DNA from: an uncultured Hormoscilla sp.
Lineage (GTDB): Bacteria; Cyanobacteriota; Cyanobacteriia; Cyanobacteriales; Desertifilaceae
Assembly: GCA_963921275.4 (NCBI GenBank)
Contig: OZ001293.3
Location: forward strand, 1,632,001 to 1,696,000
Direction of reading: 5' to 3'
Length of the DNA: 64,000 nucleotides
Shown here: positions 21,864 to 32,062 of the stretch, piece by piece
How the letters are laid out: the number at the start of each line of letters is the position of its first letter
Position numbering within the stretch: position 1 is the first letter of the stretch
The notes under the pieces: model-generated
Seen by the model: only the letters and a program-made list of their open reading frames with translations
The model's database searches: none
What the model was told of the DNA's origin: nothing
Program-made: the position numbers and the translations under genes

Positions 21864-23630
21864 TTGATGAACTATAGGTACTGGTTACAGCATTGGGAAA
21901 AACATCCACTAGTTGCTTGGACCCTGTCGATTTTCTGCTTATCTCTAGTAACTTGGCTGGCCTTTTTGCAGAATTTGGGCAGTATCGGTCTGATTGACGA
22001 GACCGAACCCCTATTTGCCGAAGCTGCCCGCCAGATGACAGTGACAGATGATTGGATCACTCCCCATTATAATGGTCGCGCTCGCTTTGATAAGCCCCCA
22101 TTAATCTACTGGCTAATAGCAATAGCATACAAAGTTATCGGTGTCAATGAATGGGCAGTGCGCTTGCCCTCGGCCCTGGCGGCGATCGCCCTTACAGGCT
22201 TTTGCTTCTACAGTTTAATAGTCATTAGTCAGTGGCAAAAGCAGGACCGGTTTCTGCCCCAGAAAGTCTGGTTATGGGCAGGGTTTGGTGCCACCATGAC
22301 CGTTTTCAATATCCATAGCATTGCTTGGGGAAGAAGCGGCGTCTCTGATATGCTACTCAGTGGCTGCATGGGGACGGCACTGCTAGCATTTTTTCTCGGC
22401 TACGCTGGAGGCAAACCCCAGGTAAAAAAGCGTTGGTATTTGACTTTTTACCTGCTGAGTGCCCTGGCAGTGCTGGCCAAGGGACCGGTAGGAATTGTGC
22501 TGCCAGTGCTGATTATCGCTAGCTTTCTACTTTACCTGGGTAAGGCTAAGGAAGTCTTGCGGGAAATGCAGCTGCGGCGCGGTCTGTTGATTTTTCTGGC
22601 GATCGCTCTACCTTGGTATATGATGGTAACTTGGGTGCATGGTTTAGATTATCTGGAATCTTTCTTTGGCTATCATAACCTAGAACGCTTTACCACTGTC
22701 GTGAATAAGCATTCAGCCCCTTGGTACTTTTACGTGATAGTGGTACTCGTCGGTTTTGCTCCCTGGTCCCTTTACTTGCCAGTGGCGATCAGGCAAACGA
22801 AATTCTGGCAGCGTCGATGGTGGCGTCATCAACCCCGCTGCTACCATCTGAGTCTGTTTGCCCTGTTCTGGTTTGCCTCAATATTCGGCTTCTTCACTAT
22901 CGCCGTCACCAAACTTCCCAGTTATGTATTGCCCTTAATGCCTGCTGCTGCTATCCTGGTATTACAGCTAGTGCGTCATCCATATGAGCCTTCTGGGAAA
23001 AACTACCCCATGTTGTTGAGCGCGATCGCCAATGTCCTGTTTGCCTGTGCTGTTGCTGGGGTGCTTCTCTATAGTCCTCGCTGGCTAGGAGAGGATCCTG
23101 CCATGCCCAACTTACCCCAAGCACTGCTGGAGTCGGGGTTAATTATCAGGGCCGTCTCGATCTTGATCTTAGCCGCCGCTGCTGCTACAATATTTATCCT
23201 GGCACGCAGAATAACTTGGCTTTGGGGAGTAAACCTCTTGGCTTTTATTGCTATAACGATTTTTGCGATCGCGCCACTATTTTCCCTGATCGACGGCCAG
23301 CGTCAGCTGCCCTTGCGGCAGTTAGCCCAGACAGTAGTCGAGGTAAGACGGCCAGCAGAAAAGTTGCTCATGATTGGCTTTGAAAAACCCAGTTTAGTAT
23401 TTTACACTGGGCAGCCTGTAAAATACTATCTGCAAGCTAGAAAAGCGGTCAGACGCATGAAACAAATGGCAATTATAGAACCCACCCCGGAGACAGTCTT
23501 GATTTTGGGCTACTCCAAAGAAATTGCGAAAATCGGATTGGGCGATCGCCAGGATCAGGATTTAGGTCAAGCTGGAGCTTATCAACTCCTGCGCGTATCC
23601 AAGCATAAATTGCTGAATTTGTCAAGGTAG
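21864..23630 (+). CDS. ArnT/GT39-like membrane glycosyltransferase
   Basis: Motifs DETEPLFAEAARQM, RFDKPPL, LAKGPVG and TKLPSY. Confidence 0.9.
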   Translation: MMNYRYWLQHWEKHPLVAWTLSIFCLSLVTWLAFLQNLGSIGLIDETEPLFAEAARQMTVTDDWITPHYNGRARFDKPPLIYWLIAIAYKVIGVNEWAVRLPSALAAIALTGFCFYSLIVISQWQKQDRFLPQKVWLWAGFGATMTVFNIHSIAWGRSGVSDMLLSGCMGTALLAFFLGYAGGKPQVKKRWYLTFYLLSALAVLAKGPVGIVLPVLIIASFLLYLGKAKEVLREMQLRRGLLIFLAIALPWYMMVTWVHGLDYLESFFGYHNLERFTTVVNKHSAPWYFYVIVVLVGFAPWSLYLPVAIRQTKFWQRRWWRHQPRCYHLSLFALFWFASIFGFFTIAVTKLPSYVLPLMPAAAILVLQLVRHPYEPSGKNYPMLLSAIANVLFACAVAGVLLYSPRWLGEDPAMPNLPQALLESGLIIRAVSILILAAAAATIFILARRITWLWGVNLLAFIAITIFAIAPLFSLIDGQRQLPLRQLAQTVVEVRRPAEKLLMIGFEKPSLVFYTGQPVKYYLQARKAVRRMKQMAIIEPTPETVLILGYSKEIAKIGLGDRQDQDLGQAGAYQLLRVSKHKLLNLSR

Positions 23631-23680
23631 TTGCGAGAAAAATTCACAATGATTAATTAGCAATGAAGGAGGAGAAAATT

Positions 23681-24070
23681 ATGACATTCCATAACCCGCC
23701 AACAGAGAAATAAGGTATCTATCTTTACGATCCGACCAGCATCAAAACAGGGGGACCAGCGCGGATATTTTCCCAGGTGGGAGAAGATGGAATCCGGCGT
23801 TATATTGTGGAAAAGATGCGGAAAAATTTTGTAGAGAAAGGTCATGTTTCAGAACCTTTAAGGCAGATGCTGGAAGGAATAGAGGAAATAGGTAAGAGTA
23901 TAAAACAGGGGTGGGGGAAAGTAACGACATTACTGGCAGATTGGGAATTCATCAATTCCGGGTGGCTGAACTTTGACCTGCCTCCGGGAGAGCAGTTCAA
24001 TACTAGCTATGCTGTAGATCGTGACAAGGGAGTCTCGGTCTACATCGGTGCTAGCAGGTGGCGAGAGTGA
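23681..24070 (+). pseudogene. Hypothetical gene with an early in-frame stop; its 3' end runs into the repeat array
   Basis: AAGGAGG RBS and ATG at 23681; TAA at 23711-23713; in frame with ORF 23777-24070. Confidence 0.45.
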
Positions 24071-24125
24071 GTAATAACCTCGCAGCTCCGGAGCCTGTCT
24101 ACACCGGTGCCAGCAGGTGGCGAGA

Positions 24126-24967
24126 GCGAGCCATAACCTCCCAGACTGCTCGCAGTAAGGTTACACCGTGCCAGCAGTAAGGTTACACGGTGTGAGCAGT
24201 AAGGTTACACCCTGCGAGCAGTAAGGTTACATCGTGTGAGCAGTAAGGTTACACCCTGCGAGCAGTAAGGTTACACTCTGCGAGCAATAAGGTTACACTC
24301 TGCGAGCAGTAAGGTTACACCGTGTGAGCAGTAAGGTTACACCCTGCGAGCAGTAAGGTTACACCCTGCGAGCAGTAAGGTTACACCGTGCCAGCAGTAA
24401 GGTTACATCGTGTGAGCAGTAAGGTTACACTCTGCGAGCAATAAGGTTACACTCTGCGAGCAATAAGGTTACACTCTGCGAGCAATAAGGTTACACTCTG
24501 CGAGCAGTAAGGTTACACCGTGTGAGCAGTAAGGTTACACCGTGTGAGCAGTAAGGTTACACCCTGCGAGCAGTAAGGTTACACTCTGCGAGCAGTAAGG
24601 TTACACTCTGCGAGCAGTAAGGTTACACTCTGCGAGCAGTAAGGTTACACTCTGCGAGCAGTAAGGTTACACTCTGCCAGCAGTAAGGTTACACCGTGCG
24701 AGCAGTAGGGTTACACCGTGCGAGCAGTAGGGTTACACCGTGCGAGCAGTAAGGTTACACCGTGCGAGCAGTAAGGTTACACCGTGCGAGCAGTAAGGTT
24801 ACACTCTGCGAGCAGTAAGGTTACACCGTGTGAGCAGTAAGGTTACACCGTGTGAGCAGTAAGGTTACACCGTGTGAGCAGTAAGGTTACACCGTGCCAG
24901 CAGTAAGGTTACAGACTGCGAGCCATAACCTCCCAGACTGCGAGCCATAACCTCCCAGCTTGCGAGC
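24126..24967. repeat. 22-bp tandem array: 35 type-A units plus flanking type-B units
   Basis: CAGTAAGGTTACA-type motif recurs every 22 nt from 24153 to 24901. GCGAGCCATAACCTCCCAG units occur at 24126, 24918 and 24940. Confidence 0.95.
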
Positions 24968-25031
24968 AAGTTAAAAACCTACCTTTGTAAGCAATACGCC
25001 CCCCGGACGGGCGAGACGCCCGTCCTACGAA

Positions 25032-27665
25032 CTAACCAGCTGCGGCCATCTGAATTACCTGCAACAATGTAGAAGATGCTAGCAGAGAACCAGTTGGGAC
25101 TAGACAGGGAAATACTGAAAGACCCTTGACTTGATTAGCAGCCTGAGTAGTTGACTGACTTACTGTTACTAAAGGCAGAGAAGCAAGCGTTTCGTTCTCG
25201 CTTAACTCCTGCAACAAAGCCAGAGGGTTTAATAATCCAGTATCGTTGAGTAGGATGACATCAGGCTTCCAGATTTTTGCCAATAGTGAAGCCTGATCCA
25301 GATCCGAAGCTTCGATAATTCTGTGCTCCGGCGTGGAGTTTGACCCCCAGTTAAACAGGCTGCAACAACCCGTATTTACAGCATCATCACTTAAGCAGAG
25401 AATTGTCAACTGCCGATACTCAGTTTCTGGTAGCGGGGCAGGTTGTCCCATCAGACGAGATAGCTGCTTATGCAATACCTGGCTTTCTACAGGCAGGCTC
25501 AAAACATCATCAACTATGATATCATCCAGGTTAGCTGTGCTGGCGCTGGCGATCGCGATCGCCCTCATATGGCAAGTTGCTCTCTCAGATTTAAGTTGCT
25601 TGAGTACCTCTGCCCCCGATAGCAGGGGGTTCGTCACATTCAGGAATATCACACTCGGTTGCATGCACCGAGCTTTCTGCAGGGCTTCCGCCTGAGAACG
25701 GGCAACCAGGCAGTAGTAGCCTAACTCCCGCAGTTGCTCTGTCAAAGAAGAAATTAACTCCGGGTTTGTCTCTAGGATTAAGATTAAGGAACTCCTGGTC
25801 ATTGGGAATTCTACCCTAGATGCCAGATCGCCTGCTGCGGGTAACAGCAGAGTAAACTCGCTACCTTTGCCTTCTGTAGAAATAAAAGTAACTTCGCCAC
25901 CATGTAGTTGCGCCAGACCTTGAGTTAAAACCAGTCCCAAACCCGTGCCAGCACTGCTTTGAGTGAGGGGATTGTCTAGTTTTGATAATTTTTGCAAGAT
26001 TAACTGCTGCGAAAGAGCCTGAATACCCACACCTGTATCCCACACCGTAAAGCCAATCCAATTATTACTCCAGTTGCTGACTCGTAAGCCAATTTCACCT
26101 GTGGTATCTGTAAACTTGAGAGCGTTCTCCAGCAGGTTAAGCAGCATCTGTTCCAGACGCAACTCGTCAGCCATGATCGCCTCTAAATTGGGTGCGATTT
26201 CCAGGGTAAAACGCCGATCCCCCCCCACCTCGGAAAGTGACTGCTGTACATGCTCTTTGGCACCCTGGCAAACTTTGGCGATATCAACATAGTCAGGTTT
26301 CAGCAATAGTTGCCCAGTTTCTAGGCGACTCAAATCCACTAAATTGTTGACTATCTTCATCAGCTGACGCCCGCTTTCACGGATCAGTCCGGCGTACTGG
26401 GCTTGCCGTTGAATTAATGGGTGTTGCCCATTCAACAGCAGACTGGACAAACCGAGAATTGCAGTGATCGGCGTCTTGAGTTCGTGACTGATGCTGAGTA
26501 AAAATTCATCTTTGCGGACCTGCTCCATCTCGGCATTTTCAGCCTCCATTTTCTGTGCTTCTGACTGTGGTGACCTAACAGTCGTCGCCAGCACTAGCCA
26601 CAGGGGTTCTAGACCACGAGATGAGACTTTACATGTTCTGCCTTGACTCGTGACTGCTCTATTATACTCGTCACCGCTCGCCCCTACCCTTGTCAGCACC
26701 GGGCTACAAACCGCTTGCTCCCATGAAGCTGCATGTATGCTACATAAACTGGCTAACTCTGGGTAGGAGTAAGGGATATTGTCCAGAGGAATTTTCACGA
26801 ACTGCCATGACCCCACTGTTTCTTCTAGGACTGGGTCAAATTCCATACTCACCGGGCAACACAGAGGTGAAAACAAGGCGGTAGCTGTCTGTGCTAGACT
26901 TATCTGGGCCGCATAGGACGGGGGAGTTAACTTCTGTGATGCAGTTTCTAGTCCGATCCAGTCTCGATCGGGAATTGCTCCGACCACCAAGCTACGCCAT
27001 GCCATATTTTCGCTCAAGACTTCCCCTGTATTGCTTTGCAGCCTCAGGGGCATAGGTAAAATCTCCAACAGTTCCACCAGAGAATTGGCGCTAGATGTTG
27101 GCTCTGGCCGCAAGAGTCTGATACCCGGATTCTGGTATAATATATTTGACCCTGCTGTCGGGGTCGGTGCTGGACATTCCTGGTCTTTACTGACTAGGTA
27201 TTTCAACAGGCTGTGATAATCGAGCAGTCCTAAGAACTCTCCATCTGGCTTTACCAAGGCTACCGGACCAGTGCCAGTTTGGATTCGCTGGTAGTCCCGA
27301 CAGAATTCCGACCAGCTCAGGTCAGCCGGTATGGTCGCGATCGCTTCCACGATCGGGGTTTGCCATAGGGGCCGCTGCCAATCTAGTGCCTTTCCCATCA
27401 GGTAGGGCATGAACTTGGAGAGATTTACCAATCCCACTGGTTGCCGGTGGTCATTGACTACTATGATGCGTTCCCAATCCCCCTGACCAAATATCCTCGT
27501 GACTTCTGCGGCGGCAGCAGTCTGGAGGCAGACGGGAACTGGAGTGATAAAGTCGGGCAGTAGAGGGGTGCTATTCATTGACATGGCCTGACAGCGTTCG
27601 CTAGCTAATTGCTTGCCTAGCCGTAGCGAGTCGAACCGGGGATCGCCCAGAGGCAAACGCTTCAA
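25032..27665 (-). CDS. Hybrid histidine kinase with a CBS-like N-terminus and two pseudo-receiver domains
   Basis: H-box SHELKTP, N-box LLNLLENALKFT, G-boxes DTGVGI and GTGLGL. Receiver-like segments have Asn at the expected phospho-Asp position. The start may be the ATG at about 27584. Confidence 0.88.
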   Translation of the reverse strand: MKRLPLGDPRFDSLRLGKQLASERCQAMSMNSTPLLPDFITPVPVCLQTAAAAEVTRIFGQGDWERIIVVNDHRQPVGLVNLSKFMPYLMGKALDWQRPLWQTPIVEAIATIPADLSWSEFCRDYQRIQTGTGPVALVKPDGEFLGLLDYHSLLKYLVSKDQECPAPTPTAGSNILYQNPGIRLLRPEPTSSANSLVELLEILPMPLRLQSNTGEVLSENMAWRSLVVGAIPDRDWIGLETASQKLTPPSYAAQISLAQTATALFSPLCCPVSMEFDPVLEETVGSWQFVKIPLDNIPYSYPELASLCSIHAASWEQAVCSPVLTRVGASGDEYNRAVTSQGRTCKVSSRGLEPLWLVLATTVRSPQSEAQKMEAENAEMEQVRKDEFLLSISHELKTPITAILGLSSLLLNGQHPLIQRQAQYAGLIRESGRQLMKIVNNLVDLSRLETGQLLLKPDYVDIAKVCQGAKEHVQQSLSEVGGDRRFTLEIAPNLEAIMADELRLEQMLLNLLENALKFTDTTGEIGLRVSNWSNNWIGFTVWDTGVGIQALSQQLILQKLSKLDNPLTQSSAGTGLGLVLTQGLAQLHGGEVTFISTEGKGSEFTLLLPAAGDLASRVEFPMTRSSLILILETNPELISSLTEQLRELGYYCLVARSQAEALQKARCMQPSVIFLNVTNPLLSGAEVLKQLKSERATCHMRAIAIASASTANLDDIIVDDVLSLPVESQVLHKQLSRLMGQPAPLPETEYRQLTILCLSDDAVNTGCCSLFNWGSNSTPEHRIIEASDLDQASLLAKIWKPDVILLNDTGLLNPLALLQELSENETLASLPLVTVSQSTTQAANQVKGLSVFPCLVPTGSLLASSTLLQVIQMAAAG

Positions 27666-27989
27666 GGGGTAGGCTACATATCAATTATGGATCTGGAGAC
27701 GCACCAACAGATACCATGTCATGATAATTTGTTACAATTATTGTTTAAATACTTAAAATAATGTAAAGTAACCTAAGTTGCTACCTATAGAAACTTAACA
27801 CCAAAATTAGCCAAAATCGGCGAAAATCGCCTTATAATTTACCCCCAAATGGCATTTTTGCGGATATATTTACCAAAAATGGCTGTTTGAGAGGTATAAT
27901 TTTTTATAGGTAGCAACTTGAGTTAAAGTATTATTAAGAAAACTCCCATAAACGGGGTTTTTCTGGTCCACGCAGCAACTGACGCAAAG

Positions 27990-28916
27990 GTGTCCCATAC
28001 GGTCTCACGTTCTCCCCTGTCAATCTGTACTTTCCTCCGCTCTGAGGCCCTGGAGCGGTCGGTGCTCCAATGCTTGAGTGCCGATCGCTATCAGGTCATC
28101 CCGATCGCGGCAGAGCTGGAATTTTTCCGCGTGCTGTCCCAGTCCAAGCAGCAGATCGATTGCCTGATTTTGCAAGAGGTGCCGGAGTTGCCTCAAGTTG
28201 TCCATCAGCTGAGTCAACTGCGTACCTTGCTACCAATAGTGGTGATCTCCCGCTCGCCAGCATCAAATTCTGCTAGGCATGCCACTGGCGCGACCGCTCG
28301 CTTGGGAGCAACTGACGATCGCTCAGAGACACCAGGATTATATGATAGTTACTATAGGACTGCCATCCGAGTGTCGGTAGCTGAACTGGAACAGATTCCT
28401 GATGCGATCGAACTGGCGATCGCCGAATTTCTCAAGCTCTCTGCTCTTGGTGTTGACTTGTCCGATAGTAAATATTCCTTAGATGCTCTGACTACCCAGA
28501 GCTTGTTAACAGTTCAGCAGCGGCGTCTAGCCCAGAAGCTGAAGGAGCGACTAGGATATCTAGGCGTGTATTACAAAAGAGACCCCAAAAACTTCTTCCG
28601 CTATCTGCCACTGGCACAAAAACGGGAGTTGCTAGGGAACCTGAAAGCGGATTATAGAGAAATTATCTTAAGTTATTTTGATAATGATAATAGTCTGAAT
28701 CAAACAATTGATGAATTTGTTAACCTCTGTTTTTTTACCGATATTTCTGTTTCTCAAATTGTGGAAATTCACATGAATTTAATGGATGAATTTTCTAAAC
28801 AATTACAACTGGAAAATCGCAGTGAAGATATATTACTTGACTATCGCCTGACCTTAATTGATATCATAGCTCATTTATGTGAAATGTATAGGAGATCGAT
28901 TCCCAGAGAATCATAA
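27990..28916 (+). CDS. kaiA: Circadian clock protein KaiA
   Basis: Motifs KLKERLGYLGVYYKR and LLDYRLTLIDIIAHLCEMYRRSIPR. Confidence 0.97.
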   Translation: MSHTVSRSPLSICTFLRSEALERSVLQCLSADRYQVIPIAAELEFFRVLSQSKQQIDCLILQEVPELPQVVHQLSQLRTLLPIVVISRSPASNSARHATGATARLGATDDRSETPGLYDSYYRTAIRVSVAELEQIPDAIELAIAEFLKLSALGVDLSDSKYSLDALTTQSLLTVQQRRLAQKLKERLGYLGVYYKRDPKNFFRYLPLAQKRELLGNLKADYREIILSYFDNDNSLNQTIDEFVNLCFFTDISVSQIVEIHMNLMDEFSKQLQLENRSEDILLDYRLTLIDIIAHLCEMYRRSIPRES

Positions 28917-28979
28917 TTAAGGAGTGATTAGTTGGGCAATAAATGAATATAAAGGAAAAAGGAGAAAGGAAAAAAGATT

Positions 28980-29294
28980 ATGAGCCCGCTAAAAAAAACA
29001 TACATTCTCAAGCTGTACGTGGCGGGAAATACTCCCAACTCGGTACGGGCGTTGAAAACGCTGAATGATGTCCTGGAACAGGAGTTTCAAGGGGTATACG
29101 CCCTGAAGGTGATTGATGTGCTGAAAAACCCCCAACTGGCGGAAGAAGATAAGATATTAGCTACGCCAACCCTGGCGAAAATCTTACCACCACCGGTGCG
29201 GAAGATAATCGGCGATCTATCAGACCGAGAAAAGGTGCTGATTGGACTAGATCTGTTGTATGATGAACTACGAGAGGATGAGCGCAACAGTTGA
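28980..29294 (+). CDS. kaiB: Circadian clock protein KaiB
   Basis: Motif [14 protein letters not shown]...[23 protein letters not shown]. Confidence 0.98.
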   Translation: MSPLKKTYILKLYVAGNTPNSVRALKTLNDVLEQEFQGVYALKVIDVLKNPQLAEEDKILATPTLAKILPPPVRKIIGDLSDREKVLIGLDLLYDELREDERNS

Positions 29295-29386
29295 ATTATA
29301 ATAGAGAAAAATTAACCAAATGCAGCGGCCCAGGTAAAAATTGACAAAAATTATCTACCTGTGGACAAGGAGAATGACAAAAAGGA

Positions 29387-30940
29387 ATGAATAAAGTTAA
29401 TAAAAATCAACAGCAAGAAGAAGAGGTTCTGACTGGGGTAAAAAAGATTCGCACCCTGATAGAGGGCTTCGATGATATCAGTCATTCCGGTCTGCCAGTG
29501 GGTAGAAGCACCCTAGTCAGCGGCACATCTGGTACTGGGAAGACTTTATTGGCAGTTCAGTTTATCTATAATGGCATCATCCATTTTCAGGAACCGGGGG
29601 TGTTTGTCACTTTTGAAGAGTCCCCCTCGGACATTATTAGAAATGCTCAAAGTTTTAATTGGGATTTGCAACGGTTAATCGATGAGGGAAAGTTGTTCAT
29701 TCTGGATGCTTCCCCGGATCCAGAAGGACAGGATATCGTCGGTAATTTTGACCTGTCGGCCCTGATCGAACGCTTGCAATACGCGATTAGAAAATATAAG
29801 GCGAAGCGGGTGTCGATCGACTCGGTGACGGCTGTGTTTCAGCAGTATGACGCGGCATCGGTAGTGCGCCGGGAAATATTTCGCCTGGTGGCACGCCTGA
29901 AACAAGTAGGGGTGACTACCATCATGACTACAGAACGGGAGGGGGAGTATGGACCAGTCGCCAGGTTTGGGGTGGAGGAGTTTGTCTCAGATAATGTGGT
30001 GATAGTCCGGAATGTGTTGGAAGGGGAACGCCGACGCCGGACGATCGAGATCTTGAAGTTGCGGGGTACGACTCATATGAAAGGGGAGTACCCCTTTACC
30101 ATTACCAATGATGGCATAAATATTTTCCCACTGGGGGCCATGCGACTCACTCAACGATCTTCCAATATTCGGGTTTCCTCTGGGGTGAAAACTTTGGACG
30201 AAATGTGTGGCGGCGGTTTCTTCAAGGATTCCATTATTCTGGCCACGGGGGCGACGGGTACGGGTAAGACTTTGTTGGTGAGCAAGTTCTTACAAGATGG
30301 CTGTACCAGGGGCGATCGGGTAATCCTGTTTGCCTACGAAGAATCCCGGGCCCAACTGTTCCGCAATGCTTCTTCCTGGGGGATAGATTTTGAAGATCTA
30401 GAACGCCAAGGATTGTTAAAACTCTTCTGCGCCTACCCGGAATCAGCAGGGTTGGAAGACCACCTCCAGATGATTAAATCGGAGATTACTGAGTTTAAAC
30501 CCTCTCGCATCGCGATCGACTCTCTATCAGCTTTAGCTAGGGGAGTAAGTAACAATGCCTTTCGCCAGTTTGTAATTGGCGTCACCGGGTATGCCAAGCA
30601 GGAGGAAATTACAGGCTTTTTCACCAATACCACCGACCAGTTCATGGGGTCTCATTCGATTACTGATTCCCACATTTCCACGATCACGGATACAATTTTG
30701 ATGTTGCAGTACGTGGAAATCAGAGGTGAAATGTCCCGTGCCATCAACGTATTCAAAATGCGGGGTTCCTGGCACGATAAAGGCATCCGCGAGTATACCA
30801 TCAGCGCCCACGGTGCGGAAATTAAAGATTCCTTCCGCAACTATGAAGGGATTATCAGTGGTTCTCCTTCTAAGATATCTGTGGACGAAAGGGGCGAACT
30901 TGCCCGCATTGTCAGAGGGGTGCAGCAGAAAATAGATTAA
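29387..30940 (+). CDS. kaiC: Circadian clock protein KaiC
   Basis: Two P-loops (GTSGTGKT, GATGTGKT) and the phosphosite motif SHISTITD. Confidence 0.98.
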   Translation: MNKVNKNQQQEEEVLTGVKKIRTLIEGFDDISHSGLPVGRSTLVSGTSGTGKTLLAVQFIYNGIIHFQEPGVFVTFEESPSDIIRNAQSFNWDLQRLIDEGKLFILDASPDPEGQDIVGNFDLSALIERLQYAIRKYKAKRVSIDSVTAVFQQYDAASVVRREIFRLVARLKQVGVTTIMTTEREGEYGPVARFGVEEFVSDNVVIVRNVLEGERRRRTIEILKLRGTTHMKGEYPFTITNDGINIFPLGAMRLTQRSSNIRVSSGVKTLDEMCGGGFFKDSIILATGATGTGKTLLVSKFLQDGCTRGDRVILFAYEESRAQLFRNASSWGIDFEDLERQGLLKLFCAYPESAGLEDHLQMIKSEITEFKPSRIAIDSLSALARGVSNNAFRQFVIGVTGYAKQEEITGFFTNTTDQFMGSHSITDSHISTITDTILMLQYVEIRGEMSRAINVFKMRGSWHDKGIREYTISAHGAEIKDSFRNYEGIISGSPSKISVDERGELARIVRGVQQKID

Positions 30941-30983
30941 TAAGTGTTAAAGCGTAGTAAGCGCTTACTACAAACGGATATTA

Positions 30984-31806
30984 TCAGCTTAAAAGAGTCA
31001 AAATACCCTCGTACATCTCAATTACCTTGTCTTCACCACCATCAGCAACAATATGGGCAAAAGCGGGGGATGAATTTGCCTCAATCAGCCACCATTGGTT
31101 ATTCTCATCAATAGCAATATCTAAACCACAAAATAAAATCATCTTTTTGACAAAAATTGGCGCACAAAATTGTTTTATTTGGGCTAATAATGTCCCATCC
31201 TCGATTAAAATTGCCTTGGCCCCCTCCCAATGTAACGGACTTAAATTTCCCTGGAACTTGGCCCCGCGTATACTCTTTTCATAAGCAAAAGATAATTCAC
31301 CATTAACATAAACTGCCCGGTGCTCTGTTCTGATGCGCAGATAGTCTTGCGCTATGGCTATTTGATCGAAGTCTTTACTGTTGATATTAAATATTGCCTT
31401 GATCGCCTCATTCAGTTCTGATTTACTATTTACTTTAAAAACATTCGTACCGGTTGTGCCGCTATTTTTCTTAACTATCAAAGGGTATTGAAACTTCTCT
31501 TGCCTCTAATATTTTCTCTAGGTCTTTTTCTTTTAGATACCGGGCAGATTTCGGATTACAGTCGGGGTTCAGAAATCCTTTGGTACGAGGCATATTGATT
31601 ACATCCTTGAAAAAGGTGTAAAAGTAATCTTTATCTTTACATAATTTAGACACTGCCTGTGAGTTTAACGGAGTTTAAAAATTAATAAACAGGTAGGAAT
31701 TATGATTGCCTAAAACCTCAACTATATTCTGGGACTTGTGGTAGACTTTATAGTCAACCCCCATCCTCTGACAAGCTTTAATCAAGGCTTTGAGATTTGT
31801 GTTCAT
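30984..31806 (-). pseudogene. RimK-like ATP-grasp ligase with a stop and a frameshift
   Basis: Motifs LCKDK, IVKKNSG, GLDIA and LIEANSSP. TAA near 31677 and a frameshift near 31495. Confidence 0.75.
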
Positions 31807-31908
31807 GAGCATAAGCGAGCGCTCGTCACTGTGGTCACTGTGTACTGTCTACTGTCCACTGCTGAGCGATCGCCGATCGCTGGTCACTGTTCACTGGTAA
31901 CTGTTAAA

Positions 31909-31981
31909 CGAGCACGGAGGGATTTGAACCCCCGGCACCCAGAACCGGAATCTGGTGCTCTATCCACTGAGCTACGTGCCC
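31909..31981 (-). tRNA. trnR: tRNA-Arg(CCG)
   Basis: GGGCACGTAGCTCAGTGGATAGAGCA-CCAGA-TTCCGGT-TCTGG...GGTTCAAATCC-CTCCGTGCTCG, 73 nt. Confidence 0.97.
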
Positions 31982-32062
31982 TGATATTTTCCTACTATAG
32001 CACTCTGGGGTAAAATTGCAACAATTTTTGGTCAGGATTGACGAGAATTTAAGATTATTAAA

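Noticed and set aside
24126..24967. CRISPR array
   Set aside because: The units abut with no unique spacers, the period is only 22 bp, and there are no cas genes in the window.
27990..30940. kaiABC as a novel system
   Set aside because: It is the canonical cluster with the expected motifs.
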